From Octopus sinensis (lineage: Eukaryota), in contig NC_042997.1 in the NCBI RefSeq assembly GCF_006345805.1, positions 11,098,001-11,162,000 on the forward strand: a stretch of 64,000 nt of DNA, read 5' to 3'. Of this stretch, positions 41,161-53,291 are shown in pieces. Within the stretch, counting starts at the first letter, position 1. The number at the start of each line of letters is the position of its first letter. The notes beneath the pieces are model-generated. The model was given only the letters and a program-made list of their open reading frames with translations, had not been told where the DNA came from and made no database searches. A program made the position numbers and the translations under genes.

Positions 41161-43019
41161 AGAGATTTCTCTTTTGGTGGAATAACCAGGCAGTCACATT
41201 TCTTTAGGTTAATGTAAATATCTGGAGAGTGAAAAATGTTAATATGTTTCATGAATCATGAATATATGAACTAGCTCGGGTGCATACTGTTTGACAGGAA
41301 TTGAGAGTAGGGAGAAATTTTCACACTTGGTAACAGTATGCATTTGATGGTGAGCAGCAGAATTGAAAAGGGGAATTTAAGAATCTCCTGTTACGTGTGT
41401 GTAAGTTGGAAGCAAAACGAGTATAAATGAATGATATGATTTGCAGGAACGTTTCTTTCACAACCCTCTTGATTGAACATTGATAAGTGTTTGTAGGAAA
41501 TCCTCTTGGTAAGAGATGACAAAGCCCAGTTGTATGTTGGAAGATGAAAATGCTTGTAAGGATTCCTTTTCTTATGGTTAACTTTTAAGCATTGTTATGT
41601 TTAATTTTTCATTTCAATAGCTTAATCAGGAGTAAAAGATGAATCATGCCCATGACTTTTTACAGGACCTTTAAGTCTAATAATAAAAATGGAGCAGAAC
41701 TCATGATTCATGGAGTTTGCAGTTGAGAGCAGCATTATCAATACATCAAGTTATTTTCATACCAGAGGCTTGAACTGAGTGCTCACAGTAAAGCTACTCT
41801 CCTAAATGCAACCAAGAGCTAACTGATGGATTTAAATGATTAAATGTACTAAACAAAAACAGCTAGAAACCATTTGAAGGACTTCCACAGTTTCCTCAAG
41901 ACTCATAAGAACTTGGATTGATTCATAACTCAAAGCATGTGAATACTCATGACTGAGATGCCCTGCAATGGGATCACTTCTAGAAACATTGATTGCAAAG
42001 CTAACTCTATCAGAATGAAGACTACACCAGTATCCATAAATGCCCTGCAGTTGGTGATGAGGAGTGATTTCCTTCAGTGACATGAACAGTGTTCTTTGCA
42101 TATACAACTGCAGCACAGATAAATGTGAACCATTGCAGGTTTGGGGAAATGTTGACTTTGGTTCTACAGGGAATGTAGTGAGACATACCAAGGACATTAT
42201 CAGTGATCTGCTTAGCTGCCTTAACTCTTTAGCATTCAAATTACTCTGTCAAATGTAGTGCATTATCTCATAGTTTCAAAATTTCAATGATGTGACTGTT
42301 TATTTTTAGAATATCATAAGGTAGGTGTAAAAGGCAGGATCTGGCCACTTTGAACATTAAACAGGGAGAATATTTTCACCAGACATGGCTGGTTTAAATG
42401 CAAAAGTGTTAAGTGGGCCAGAAGTGGTCTACACTTGCTATTAAGAATAGGTACTGTAAAACTAGTATATTACCAACTTCATTTCATCAAGTATAGCCCT
42501 CTCTCTGGCTAGTTTGTGTGTTTACTAGTAACAGTTGAGTTAATCAAGATTTAGACATCAACATTTAAATGATTTAATGGTCATAAATGAAGATTTTGAT
42601 TTTTCAAAATGATTTCATAACCCTTTCATTACCATATTTCTACTGATATATACTCCCTTGGTTTCAATTAATTTTTAAAATAATTAGGAATTTAATAAAA
42701 TAATTTTATAATTATTATTAAGCTGGTGCTTGGAACTTAAGTTAGCATGAAATTTTGATGGAAGATTTTAATTTAGACCACTTTAAAACTGGATGTTTGT
42801 ATCCTAAAACTAGGGGCAGTCTCAGGCAGGCTGATAATAAAAGGGTTAAGCACAAAGGGATTACTTTTTGGCAAAATGATAAATAAAAATATTCATTTTC
42901 ATAATAAAAATATTTTTTTGGTGTTTATTTTTCATAATAAAATATTTCATAACTTCACATGAAATTGTTTTGTTTAGTGTATCCAAACTCCAGTTACAAA
43001 TTTTTTTTCATGTAACAAA

Positions 43020-43025
43020 TTTATT
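43020..43025 (-). promoter_or_regulatory. Candidate AATAAA polyadenylation signal of RPAP1 (second candidate 42924..42929)
   Basis: tttatt on the + strand about 70 nt past the RPAP1 stop codon. Confidence 0.45.
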
Positions 43026-43094
43026 ATTAGTAAATTATATATCATTATCAGTAAATCATGGATTAAAGTAGACCTGGGGTTAAACAACAACAAC

Positions 43095-46000
43095 TCAACA
43101 GTATTTTTCTAAGAGAGACTTACGATTATGTGGCAGATTTTGATAAAGTTCAATACAATGATTTGAAGTTGCATTATACATTTTATAATGTAACAGATGT
43201 TCTTTCAGTTGACTATTGCTGCATTTGAGAACATGACTAAACATAAACTGCCTCAGATTATCTTCATATCTATCTTGCCGGAACATGAATCTATTACAGT
43301 GATGTACAGCAATAAGATATAACACTGGGCACCACTTTTCTGAGACTGACTCTCTTAAGAGAGCCAAAATTAACAGTTTCAAAAGTTCAGGATTTGTTTC
43401 TTCAGGAACAAGATATCGATGAATTGGTATAAGATGGTCTTGTATTGAGACTCTCAGTGTGCGCAGCACAATGCTGTTCTCTTCCCAAATAGCTTTACGC
43501 AAGAAGACATTGTGCATTTGTTGCAATGGAAGGAGCAGGTAGCTCCCAAAAACAAAGTCACCAAATGATACAGATATGTACTGCTTAAGAAATTCAATGA
43601 AAAAGTCATAAAATGAATAAAGACCAGGGATTGACTCATCAAAGTTCATACTGTCCAATATATTTTCTTTGCTGTAAATTCGCATCAAACCAGCCAAATA
43701 GGAACGGACAACAGGTTCAAGAAAAATATTGTTATCTGCAAGAAAGACACACATCAGTCGTGATATTTTAAGAGAAGCTGATAAACCATCCATGATAGAT
43801 GGTCGCTGTGTCTCAAGCAAGTATATGAACTTTAAAGCATGAGTAATTTTATTAATTTGTTGTGGACTACATTGTTCGCGTTCATTTTCTGGTAAGGAAT
43901 TAGAAAGACTGTACTGATGAACAAGAGGCATAAATATCCAGTCACGAGGTAATAAGGTTTCTCCTAATTTACCTACAAGAAAACTGTGAACTTCTTCCAC
44001 ATATGCAAAACATCGAGCTTTTGAATGCAACACTGCAGACTCCATTTGAGAAAATGAGGATAAATAATTAGCACGGATGTCCTTTAAAGATGAGATGCTG
44101 TGCTGCAAAAGTTTGAATTTGATGTCTTCAGTTAACTGGCTGTTAGAACATACCATACCACTGCCGTCAGATATACTTAAACAAGACAACTGGTGAGTAG
44201 AAGAATCCACATCAGAATCTAATGCTATAAAGTTTCTATTAAAAATCAATAATGATAGAAGATCATGAGCAAAGTGTTCGTCTCCATCATGTAACCTGGT
44301 AAGTAAGAGCAGGGAAAGTTGATGACACAATAAAAAGTATGGTGTGTCAACTTCATTGAAGGCTGACATTGAAATTGTCTTCAGCAGAAAATACTGACAG
44401 TGGTTTTCAAATCTGGTAAAATAATTGTGCTGGAATGTAGTGGCAGTAGGTTTTGTCTTAACGACAGCTGTAATATAGCTTCTTATATCAGGATCATTGA
44501 CAATTAAACCAGAAAATTTGTCAGCCAAACCTTTGTGAAGAGAACCAATGACACTGAAAAGGCGAAATAATGCTGTGACAAAACCAAAAGGAGTACTAAT
44601 GGCAAGTATTGGTAATGTTTTGGAATCATCAATAAGATTCTGACATCCCAAGTCAAGTAAATTTTTAGGATGCTTTGTCTTCAACAATATCTGATGATTC
44701 AATATATTAGAATGAGAAGCAAGAGATGCAATGATACTCCGGAAACCTAATGTTGACCAAAGTGGGAAAATTACAGAATTGCATAGCTGTTCTAAGTGGG
44801 TGAGAATATTAGTGACATTAGAATCAGATTGCTGAGGACATAATTCATAAAAAGATGCCACAAAATTGATGACAGAAGTTGCTAAATTGAGAGAGAATTT
44901 TTTAAAGTGATACTTTTCAGAAATATTCTGTAATATAGATTGAAACAAAATTTCCAGTGTATCAATCAAACTCAAGACCTGAGTCCAGTGAAGACTAGGA
45001 ACTATTAAACTTTCAATTTTATTAGGCTCTTGTGAATCTTTCTGCCTTTTACATGCAGCTAATTTTTGGTGATATCTAGAATGAGCCCCAGCTAGTTGTA
45101 CAGCAGATTCCAAAACACCTAAAATTGCAGATTCTCGCAGAAATGAAGTATCTGTTATATTCTGATATTGTGCTAAAATAGTATGAGTATTGGTTACTAG
45201 TTGTGGATAAAACTCAGAATAATAATGTCCAGTGAGTCCATAAGAAAGACACACTTGCCATATATTATAACACACAGTTTGTAATTCATATGCTACATTC
45301 TCTGGAAGATTCATTTCAGAAGGCTGTGGGGCAATGTACAACAGCAATTTGTCCATAAGCTTATAATTAGTAACAATATCAGTTGCCATGCTCCTCCCAG
45401 CTTGACAAAGAACTTTTATTAGCTTCAATGTGCTAATAATTGAGGAAACAGTTTTATCATCAGTAGAGCAAACTGAAGGTAAAAGTTCTTTAAAAATGAA
45501 TTCCATCAGTCTTGGACATTTATAAACATTATATGCTTCTTGTTTTGAATGATAAGAAATTCTACATAAAATTTCTAGAATACACTTGATGGATTCTGGA
45601 GAAATATCCCAAACTTCAAGCAGAAAACGCAGACGAGGGAGCAAATTCATAGATTTTACAAGAGCCCTCACAACATCTGCTTGTACTTCATCAGCATCTG
45701 TTACTTCTACTGTTTCAAGAAAATCTAACTTTTCCTTTTCTGCATTAAAAGTATCTTCACCAACTTGGTGAGCAGCCACCTCCCCTCCTCTATACCAACA
45801 GAATGTAAACTGCAAACTGTTTTCATCAGCACTATTGGTCAAAAGAGCATGGAGACAAAAGACAGCAGAAATGAGAACAGTAGTGATTTTATCATCAAGA
45901 GCCCACCTGAGAAGGAATACTATTCCTGCATTAATAACAGAAGGAATGATAGCACCTTCAATACTTTCCTCAAACATTCCACTTTTTGCATTAGTAATGA

Positions 46001-46914
46001 TGCAACCTAATGTTTTTAAAGCAAATGTACGTTGTTGTGAGTTAAGACTACGACAAAGATGAAATAGTTCATCAAGAGTGTAACCAGCACGTTCTGCTTC
46101 TTCTCCATGGTGATGAAGACCTAAATCAACAGGTATTTCAGCATCTTCAGGGATAATGAAACCTTGAAAGTCAAACCGAGCTGGTTTCCCTTTTGTACTA
46201 CAGGCATTAACAGGAGGTAAATCCTTCATCCAAGCCAATTTTTCATATTCAACATTGTCCATATGTACAAGTTGGCTATCAGGTTTCACAGGAAGTTCGT
46301 CTTCATTTAATTTGTGCACAGGTTTCAATTCAGATTTGTCTGAATCATCTTGATTTTCAATGGATGTGGAAGTAGTCTCAGAATCAAGATTTTCAGATTT
46401 TCTAGTTTTTAAGAAGTTAATCAAACTTGGATCTAACATAGAAAGAAGCTTTTGCCGTTCCATCAAAATTTCTTTCTCTGTCATAGAAGAAAGCTTATTT
46501 AAATTTTCTGCATGAATTGCCTTTGCCTCCCTCTCAGCATTGCTGGCACTTAATCCAAAACCAGAAACAATGCTCTGAGGAGGGGTATAACTAGATTCCA
46601 GATTACACTTGGTGGAAGCTGTTCCATACATAGGTTTATTAGAGATACTGAAATCACTGCATGGCCGTTGTTCAAACTGCTGAGCAAATAAACTTTTTTT
46701 CTTTGCTTGTGGTGCTGAAGTGGAATCAAATTTCTTTCCAATCTGAAGACTTGGAGCTTTTGGAAATCCATCAAGGGAAAACGGTTTGTCATGGCTAACA
46801 TAATGTTTAGTATCTCTTTCAATGATGCTGCTCAATACTCTAGCAACACTAGCTTTATCCAAGTTGGTATCTCCAGCAACAGTGGCCTGATTTGGTTTGG
46901 TATCTTTAGTAAAG
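43095..46914 (-). CDS. RPAP1: RNA polymerase II-associated protein 1, coding exon 2 (3820 nt, to stop)
   Basis: Uninterrupted ORF. RPAP1_N-type motif IHAENLNKLSSMTEKEILMERQKLLSMLDPSLINFLK and RPAP1_C-type motif RFDFQG...GLHHHGEEAERAGYTLDELFHLCRS, followed by a helical-repeat body. Acceptor ttttgtattttttag|C at 46915/46914 keeps the frame (AG+C=Ser, then FTKDTKPNQATVAGDTNLDK). The spliced CDS is 4119 nt, 1372 aa. Confidence 0.95.
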
Positions 46915-47376
46915 CTAAAAAATACAAAATAAATTACTGTATTATTTAACCTATATTATTGGGGAGATTATTTTTTCTTTTAATTATTTAAAGATGCTAT
47001 ACTGATATAAGAAAGTAGTTAATTAACTCTCTCAGAGGGAACAGTGTAGGATTCAATGTATATTAAGAACAAAATTATACCCCTGAATATCTCCTGTCTT
47101 TCCTAAGATATAAGGAATACAAACAATTACAATTACCCAATTAGTAGATAGTCTTTATCAGCACTAATTGTCCCAGACAAAATGAAACAGTAATAAAAAA
47201 TATAAGATGCATCAACTCATGCAAAAACTGAATGATCAGTGACGAAATTCAAATCAGAGGGATTAGTTCTGACTTAATTGATGTGTAGGATGTTTTTCCA
47301 TGAGAATCTTATATCAAAGTACCAATGAAAAGAACATATCTATCTATATATATATACACACATACATATATACATA

Positions 47377-48030
47377 TCATCATCATCATCATCATCGTTT
47401 AACGTCCGCTTTCCATGCTAGCATGGGTTGGACGATTTGACTGAGGACCAGTCAGGCGGTACTGGCAACGGTCATGGAAAATCGTGTTTTTTTTTTAAGT
47501 GTCACCTGCACACCGGCAGAAGTGCCAGTAAGGTGATGCTGGTAACAATCACGCTCAAATGGTGCTTTTTACGTGCCACCAGCACGAACACCAGTTAGCC
47601 GCTCTCGCAATGATCATGCTCAGATGGTGCTCTTAGTGCTCCACAAGCACGGATGCTAGTCATCGAATTTGATTTCAATTCCGATTTCACTTGCCTCAAC
47701 AGGTCTTCGCAAGCAGAGTTTAGTGTCCAATGAAGGGAAGGTACACATAAGTGGGTTGGTTAAACCCCTGGCTTAGGCCACAAGGTTATGGTCTCACTTG
47801 GCTTGCCAGGTCTTCTCAAGCACAGCATATTTCCAAAATTCTCGGTCACTGGTCATTGCCTCAGTGAGGCCTAATGTTCGAAGGTCGTGCTTCACTACTT
47901 CATCCCAAGTCAACTGCTAGGGTGTGGCACTTTTTCACACAGCTATCCTCATCCATTCTCGCCACAAGACCATACCAGCGCAGTTGTCTCTCTTGCACAC
48001 TATATCTGACGCTTCTTAGGTCCAACTTTT
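47377..48030 (-). mobile_element. Shorter 5'-truncated copy of the same RTE family
   Basis: [34 protein letters not shown] plus the same 3' tail. Confidence 0.85.
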
Positions 48031-48034
48031 CTCT

Positions 48035-48061
48035 CATATGTATATACATACATATATATAC

Positions 48062-48097
<36 letters not shown>

Positions 48098-48101
48098 ATA
48101 C

Positions 48102-48140
<39 letters not shown>

Positions 48141-48397
48141 CATACATACATATACACATACATACATATATATATACATACATACATATATACATACATA
48201 CATATATATATACATACATACATACGTATATACATATATACATACGTATATACATATATACATACATACATATATACATACATACATATATACATATATA
48301 CATACATACATATATACATACATATATACATATACATACATACACATACATATATACATACATACATACATATACATACATACATACATACATACAT

Positions 48398-48456
<59 letters not shown>

Positions 48457-48460
48457 CATG
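48035..48460 (+). repeat. (TA)n/(TACA)n compound microsatellite
   Basis: Direct reading. Confidence 0.93.
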
Positions 48461-48600
48461 CATAATAAATAAAATTAGGGTAATAAGAATTATAGAAATT
48501 ATTATTACCAGTGGCCTAGCATAAAAAAAAATAGTCAATAGACTATATATTATTCACTTAAAAATATCGTGTACATTAGAACACATTAAGAGGCTTCCAA

Positions 48601-48854
48601 ATAGGAAAGCCTTGTGCTAGAAAGAGCAGTAGAAAACTCAAACCACTAATTATGGATAAATTCTCGAAAGGATTGAAAATTAAAGACGTTTTCCTAGACC
48701 ATGGTTTCTATTTTTTTAGTGGAATGAGTTAGAAACCATGGTCTAGGAACTAAATTAAATGGTAAACGTCTTTAATTTTCAATCCTTTCGAGAATTTATC
48801 CATAATTAGTGGTTTGAGTTTTCTACTGCTCTTTCTAGCACAAGGCTTTCCTAT
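48601..48854. repeat. Fold-back (MITE-like) inverted repeat
   Basis: 91-bp arms 48601..48691 and 48764..48854 are exact reverse complements. An inner 19-bp stem (48692..48710/48730..48748) closes a 19-nt loop. TA dinucleotides lie near both ends. Confidence 0.9.
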
Positions 48855-49002
48855 ATATACATGCATATATACACATATATATATATAGATATATATACAT
48901 GCATATATAAATATATATACATATATATGCATACATGTATATGCATACATATATACACATATATATACATACATACATATACATACATATATATACACAC
49001 AT

Positions 49003-51245
49003 GCATCATCATCGTTTAACGTCCGTTTTCCATGCTAGCATGGGTTCGACTGGGGTCTGGGAAGCCAGGAGTCTGCACTAGGTTCCAGTCTGATCTGGCA
49101 GTGTTTCTACAGCTGGATGCCCTTCCTAACACCAACCACTCCGAAAGTGTAGTGGGTGCTTTTCACAGGCACAGGTGCCAGGGAGGCTGGCAGTGACCAC
49201 AATTGGTTGGTGCTTTTTACGTTTCAACGGCACAGAAGCCAGTAAAGGCAGCACTGGCATCAGCCATGTTCGGATGGTGCTTTTTTTGTGCCACCAGCAC
49301 AGGTATCACAACTACAATTTCCATTTGATATTTATTTTGATGTTGATGTACTTGACTCAATAGGTCTCCTCAAGCACAGCAGGTCACATGCCACTGGCAT
49401 AGAAGCCAGTCAAGGCGGCGCTGGCATCGGCCACATACGGATGGTGCTTTTTACGTGCCACCGGCACAGGTATCACAACTACAATTTCAACTTGATATTT
49501 ATTTTGATGTTGATGTACTTGACTCATTAGGTCTCCTCAAGCACAGCAGGTCACCCTACGATCAAGGTAAGCACAGCAGGTCATTCTGCAATCCAAGGTA
49601 CTTTGGATGGGCAGGGGCTATGCGAAACTGGTGCAGGGAACAGCCATGAACTCACATTATTTGTCAGGTCTTTACAGTCACAGCATATCTCAGAGATCTC
49701 GATCTTTCGTCATTGCCTCTGTGAGGCCCAATGTTCGGAGGTCATGCTTGACCACCTCATCTTGGGTCTACCTCTTCCCCGGATACCTGCAACTGTTTGG
49801 GAGTGGCACTTCTTCACACATCTCTCCTCATCCATCCACAGTACATGAACATACCAGCGCAAACGTCTCTCTTGCACACCACATATGATGCTTCTTATGT
49901 TCAGTATTTCTCTCAGGGCGCTTACTCTCTGTCGTGTGTGCACACTGACATTACACATCCAGCGGATCATGCTAGCTTCATTTCTTTTAAGCCTATGCAT
50001 GTTCTCTGCAGTCACATCCCATGTTTCACTACCATGAAGCATGGCAGTTCGCACACATGCATCGTACAATCTACCTTTCACACTGAGTGAGAGACCCTTT
50101 GTCACCAAGGGGTAGAAGCTTTCTAAACTTTGCCCAGGCTATTCGTATTCTAGTGGTGACACTCTCTGAGCATCTACCACCACTACTAAATTGGTCACCT
50201 AGGTAGCGGAAACTATCAACTACTTCTAGTTTCTCCCCCTGGAGTGTGATGGAATCTGTTTTCTGAGTATCTGTGGTGTCTATTGCCCCTGTGCATCTGC
50301 TGCACACGAAAGCTATCTTCTCAGTTAATTTTCCTTTGATGTTGCTGCACCTCTTATGCGTCCATAGCTTACACTGGGTACATCTTATGGAGTTTCTGCT
50401 TACACCTTTTCTACAGATTGAGCAGGGCCACCTACCTGAGGGTGTGTGTGATGAGTTCGCCTTTCTGCTTACTATAACTTTGGTCTTTGCTACATTTACT
50501 CTAAGGCCTTTTGATTCTAAACCTAGCTTCCACACCTGAAATTTCTTTTCTAGTTCTGAAAGTAATTCTGCTATGAGGGCCAGGTCATCAGCATAGAGAA
50601 GCTCCCAGGGGCAACCTGTCTTGAATTCCTCTGTTATTGCCTGGAGGACTAAGATGACTAGAAGGGGACTAAGGGCTGAACCTTGGTGGACCCCTACTTC
50701 TTCACCATAGTTGTTGCCTATCCTAACCTTACTAACGGCCTCTCTGTATAGGGTCTGTACAGCCCTTATCAATCTCCAGTTTCCGCATAGCCCACCAGAT
50801 AAGGGATCGGGGGACCCTGTCAAAGGTTTTCTCCACAAAAGCTAAGTAGAGGGGTTTATCTTTAGCTAGGTATTTCTCCTGCAGTTGTCGAACCAGGAAT
50901 ATGGCATCAGTGGTGCTTCTACCCGGCACAAAACCGAACTGCATCTCATCAAAGCAGACTCTCTCCCTAATCAGATGGACTATGACCCTCTCTGAGACCT
51001 TCATCACCTGATCCAGCAGTTTAATATCCCTGTAGTTATTTCTATCTGGAGCATCACCTTTACCCTTGTAGCAGTTGACTATGAAGCTGCTAAGCCAGTC
51101 ATTGGGTATGACTCCGTTATGTACTACCTGGTTTACAATGCGGGTGACTAGGTCATAGCCCACACCACCAGATGCTTTAAGCATCTCAGCAGTGATTCCT
51201 GATGGGCCAGGGGCTTTTCCTGGCTGCATACCCTTAATTGCTTTA
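49003..51245 (-). mobile_element. 5'-truncated RTE-clade LINE (RT, PHD finger, C-terminal region, 3' UTR with (GAT)n tail) in the RPAP1 intron
   Basis: [92 protein letters not shown] and RLRWYVHVLWM over three frames. Tail AACCCATGCTAGCATGGAAAACGGACGTTAAACGATGATGATG near 49003. Confidence 0.93.
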
Positions 51246-51826
51246 TGCACATACATATATGCATATACATATATATAAATATATATATATATACACATAT
51301 ATATATACACATATATATATATATACACATATATATATACACACATATATATATATATACACACATATATATATATATACACACATATATATATATATAC
51401 ACACATATATATATATATATACACACATATATATATACACATATATATATATATATATACACATATATATACACACATATATATACATACATATATACAC
51501 ACATATATATACACACATATATATATACATACATATATATATACACATATATATACATACATATATATATACACACATATATACATACATATATATATAT
51601 ACACACATATATATATACATATATATATACACACATATATATATACACACATATATACATACATATATATATATACACACATATATATATACATATATAT
51701 ACACACATATATATATATATACATACATATATATATATATACACACATATATATATATACATATACATATATACATATATATATATATACACACATATAT
51801 ATATACATATATATATATACACATAT

Positions 51827-51880
<54 letters not shown>

Positions 51881-52125
51881 TATATACACATACATATACA
51901 TATACACATATGTTAGAAGTATTGGGGTGATGTACAGATTTAATACATATGAAAAAAAAAGGTGTTCAGATGAAACTACAGGAGTAGTTGAAAGCTCTAA
52001 TATGAAAAAATAATATGTGATATGTAAATGAATATATATTTTTACAACCATCCAGCATTCTGAACACCTTTTTTCTTTCATATATATACACATATATATG
52101 CATTTATATATATACATATATACAT

Positions 52126-52220
<95 letters not shown>
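51246..52220 (+). repeat. Two (TA)n/(CA)n compound microsatellites in the RPAP1 intron (about 51246..51910 and 52080..52220) separated by a unique AT-rich spacer
   Basis: Direct reading. Confidence 0.9.
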
Positions 52221-52222
<2 letters not shown>

Positions 52223-52288
52223 CAAATAACCCTCACTGGGCTTCGCTATTCCATACAAATAAAAACATTTCTGAAAACCTGTTATTAC

Positions 52289-52587
52289 CTGTTTTTCTTC
52301 TGTTCTTGAAACCTAGATTTTTTCTGTGGTGTAACTGATGCTTCTGTCAAACCTGATTTAAAAGGTTGTTGCATATCAACGACATCTCTTTTAAAAGGAG
52401 CCTGTTTCTTTTGAATATCAGGCTTGTGCGATTTAGAATTTTTTACCACTGTAGCCGCTGGATTATGTTTAGAAGAAAGAAACATTTCTTGCATCCTAAG
52501 AAGTTCTTCGTCATCTTCAGTTAGTTTCGGTCTATTTACTGTCAGCTCAGATGGGTTAAAAGATGGATCGTTGGCTTTGGAATCCAT
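52289..52587 (-). CDS. RPAP1: RNA polymerase II-associated protein 1, coding exon 1
   Basis: ATG at 52587. The peptide [31 protein letters not shown]...KRDVVDM resembles the vertebrate RPAP1 N-terminus (RPKPGESEVDLLHFQSQFL...HRDVVML, recalled). Donor AG|GTAATA after 52289 (phase 2) splices in frame to the acceptor at 46914. Confidence 0.88.
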
Positions 52588-52934
52588 AGTCCAGTTTCAA
52601 CGTATTTCAGCGAAGAAACAATTTCATAACAGAAACTTTCGTCTACACAAGTTCACGCTATGTTTTTATATGAGGAAATCATAAGTGATTTCCCTTTTAA
52701 ACGGTGTTGTACGAAACAAATTCCCCAAAATAGGTTCTGTTGATCCTTGTGTAACTTTTTTTTTTTTTTATTCGCTCATGATTGTGTTTTCTTCGGTTTT
52801 GGATTTGTATCTTAATGTGGAATATTTTTGTAATTAAGTACGTTGTAACAATTGAGTAAAATGAAATTTCAATGTAGAAAAAACGATCGTCTGTAATGTG
52901 TGGTGTAATCAATTCCTTTTCATTTCACTACTCT

Positions 52935-53291
52935 GTCTTTTTACTTGTTTCAGTCATTTGACTGCGGTCATGCTGGAGCACCGCCTTTAGTCGAGCAAAT
53001 CGACCCCAGGACTTATTCTTTGTAAGCCTAGTACTTTTTCTATCGGTAACTTTTGCCGAACCGCTAGATTACGGGGACGTAAACACACCAGTATCGGTTG
53101 TCAAGCGATGTTGGAGGACAAACACAGACACAGACACACACACACACATATATATATATACTTCGGGATTCTTTCAGTTTCCGTCTACCTAGTCCACTCA
53201 CAAGGCTTTGGTCGGCCCGAGGCTATAGTAGTGGGAATGAACCCGGAACCATGTGATTGATAAGCAAGCTAATTACCACAGCCACTCCTGC
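52935..53291 (-). mobile_element. SINE family B copy about 350 bp upstream of the RPAP1 ATG
   Basis: High similarity to 11432..11814. Confidence 0.88.

Noticed and set aside
41280-41560. Possible Penelope GIY-YIG C-terminal relic (AAHHQMHT..ENFSLL)
   Set aside because: Similarity is too weak and short to support by eye.
41832-42239. 135-aa minus-strand ORF downstream of RPAP1
   Set aside because: No homology recognised, no splice context, and it lies beyond the candidate poly(A) signals.
46860-46862. TTG start given for the 1255-aa ORF
   Set aside because: The frame continues upstream to a canonical acceptor at 46914, and the true start lies in the exon at 52587.
50732-52258. 508-aa minus-strand ORF
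   Set aside because: A chance fusion of (TA/CA)n microsatellite translation with the RTE RT fragment.
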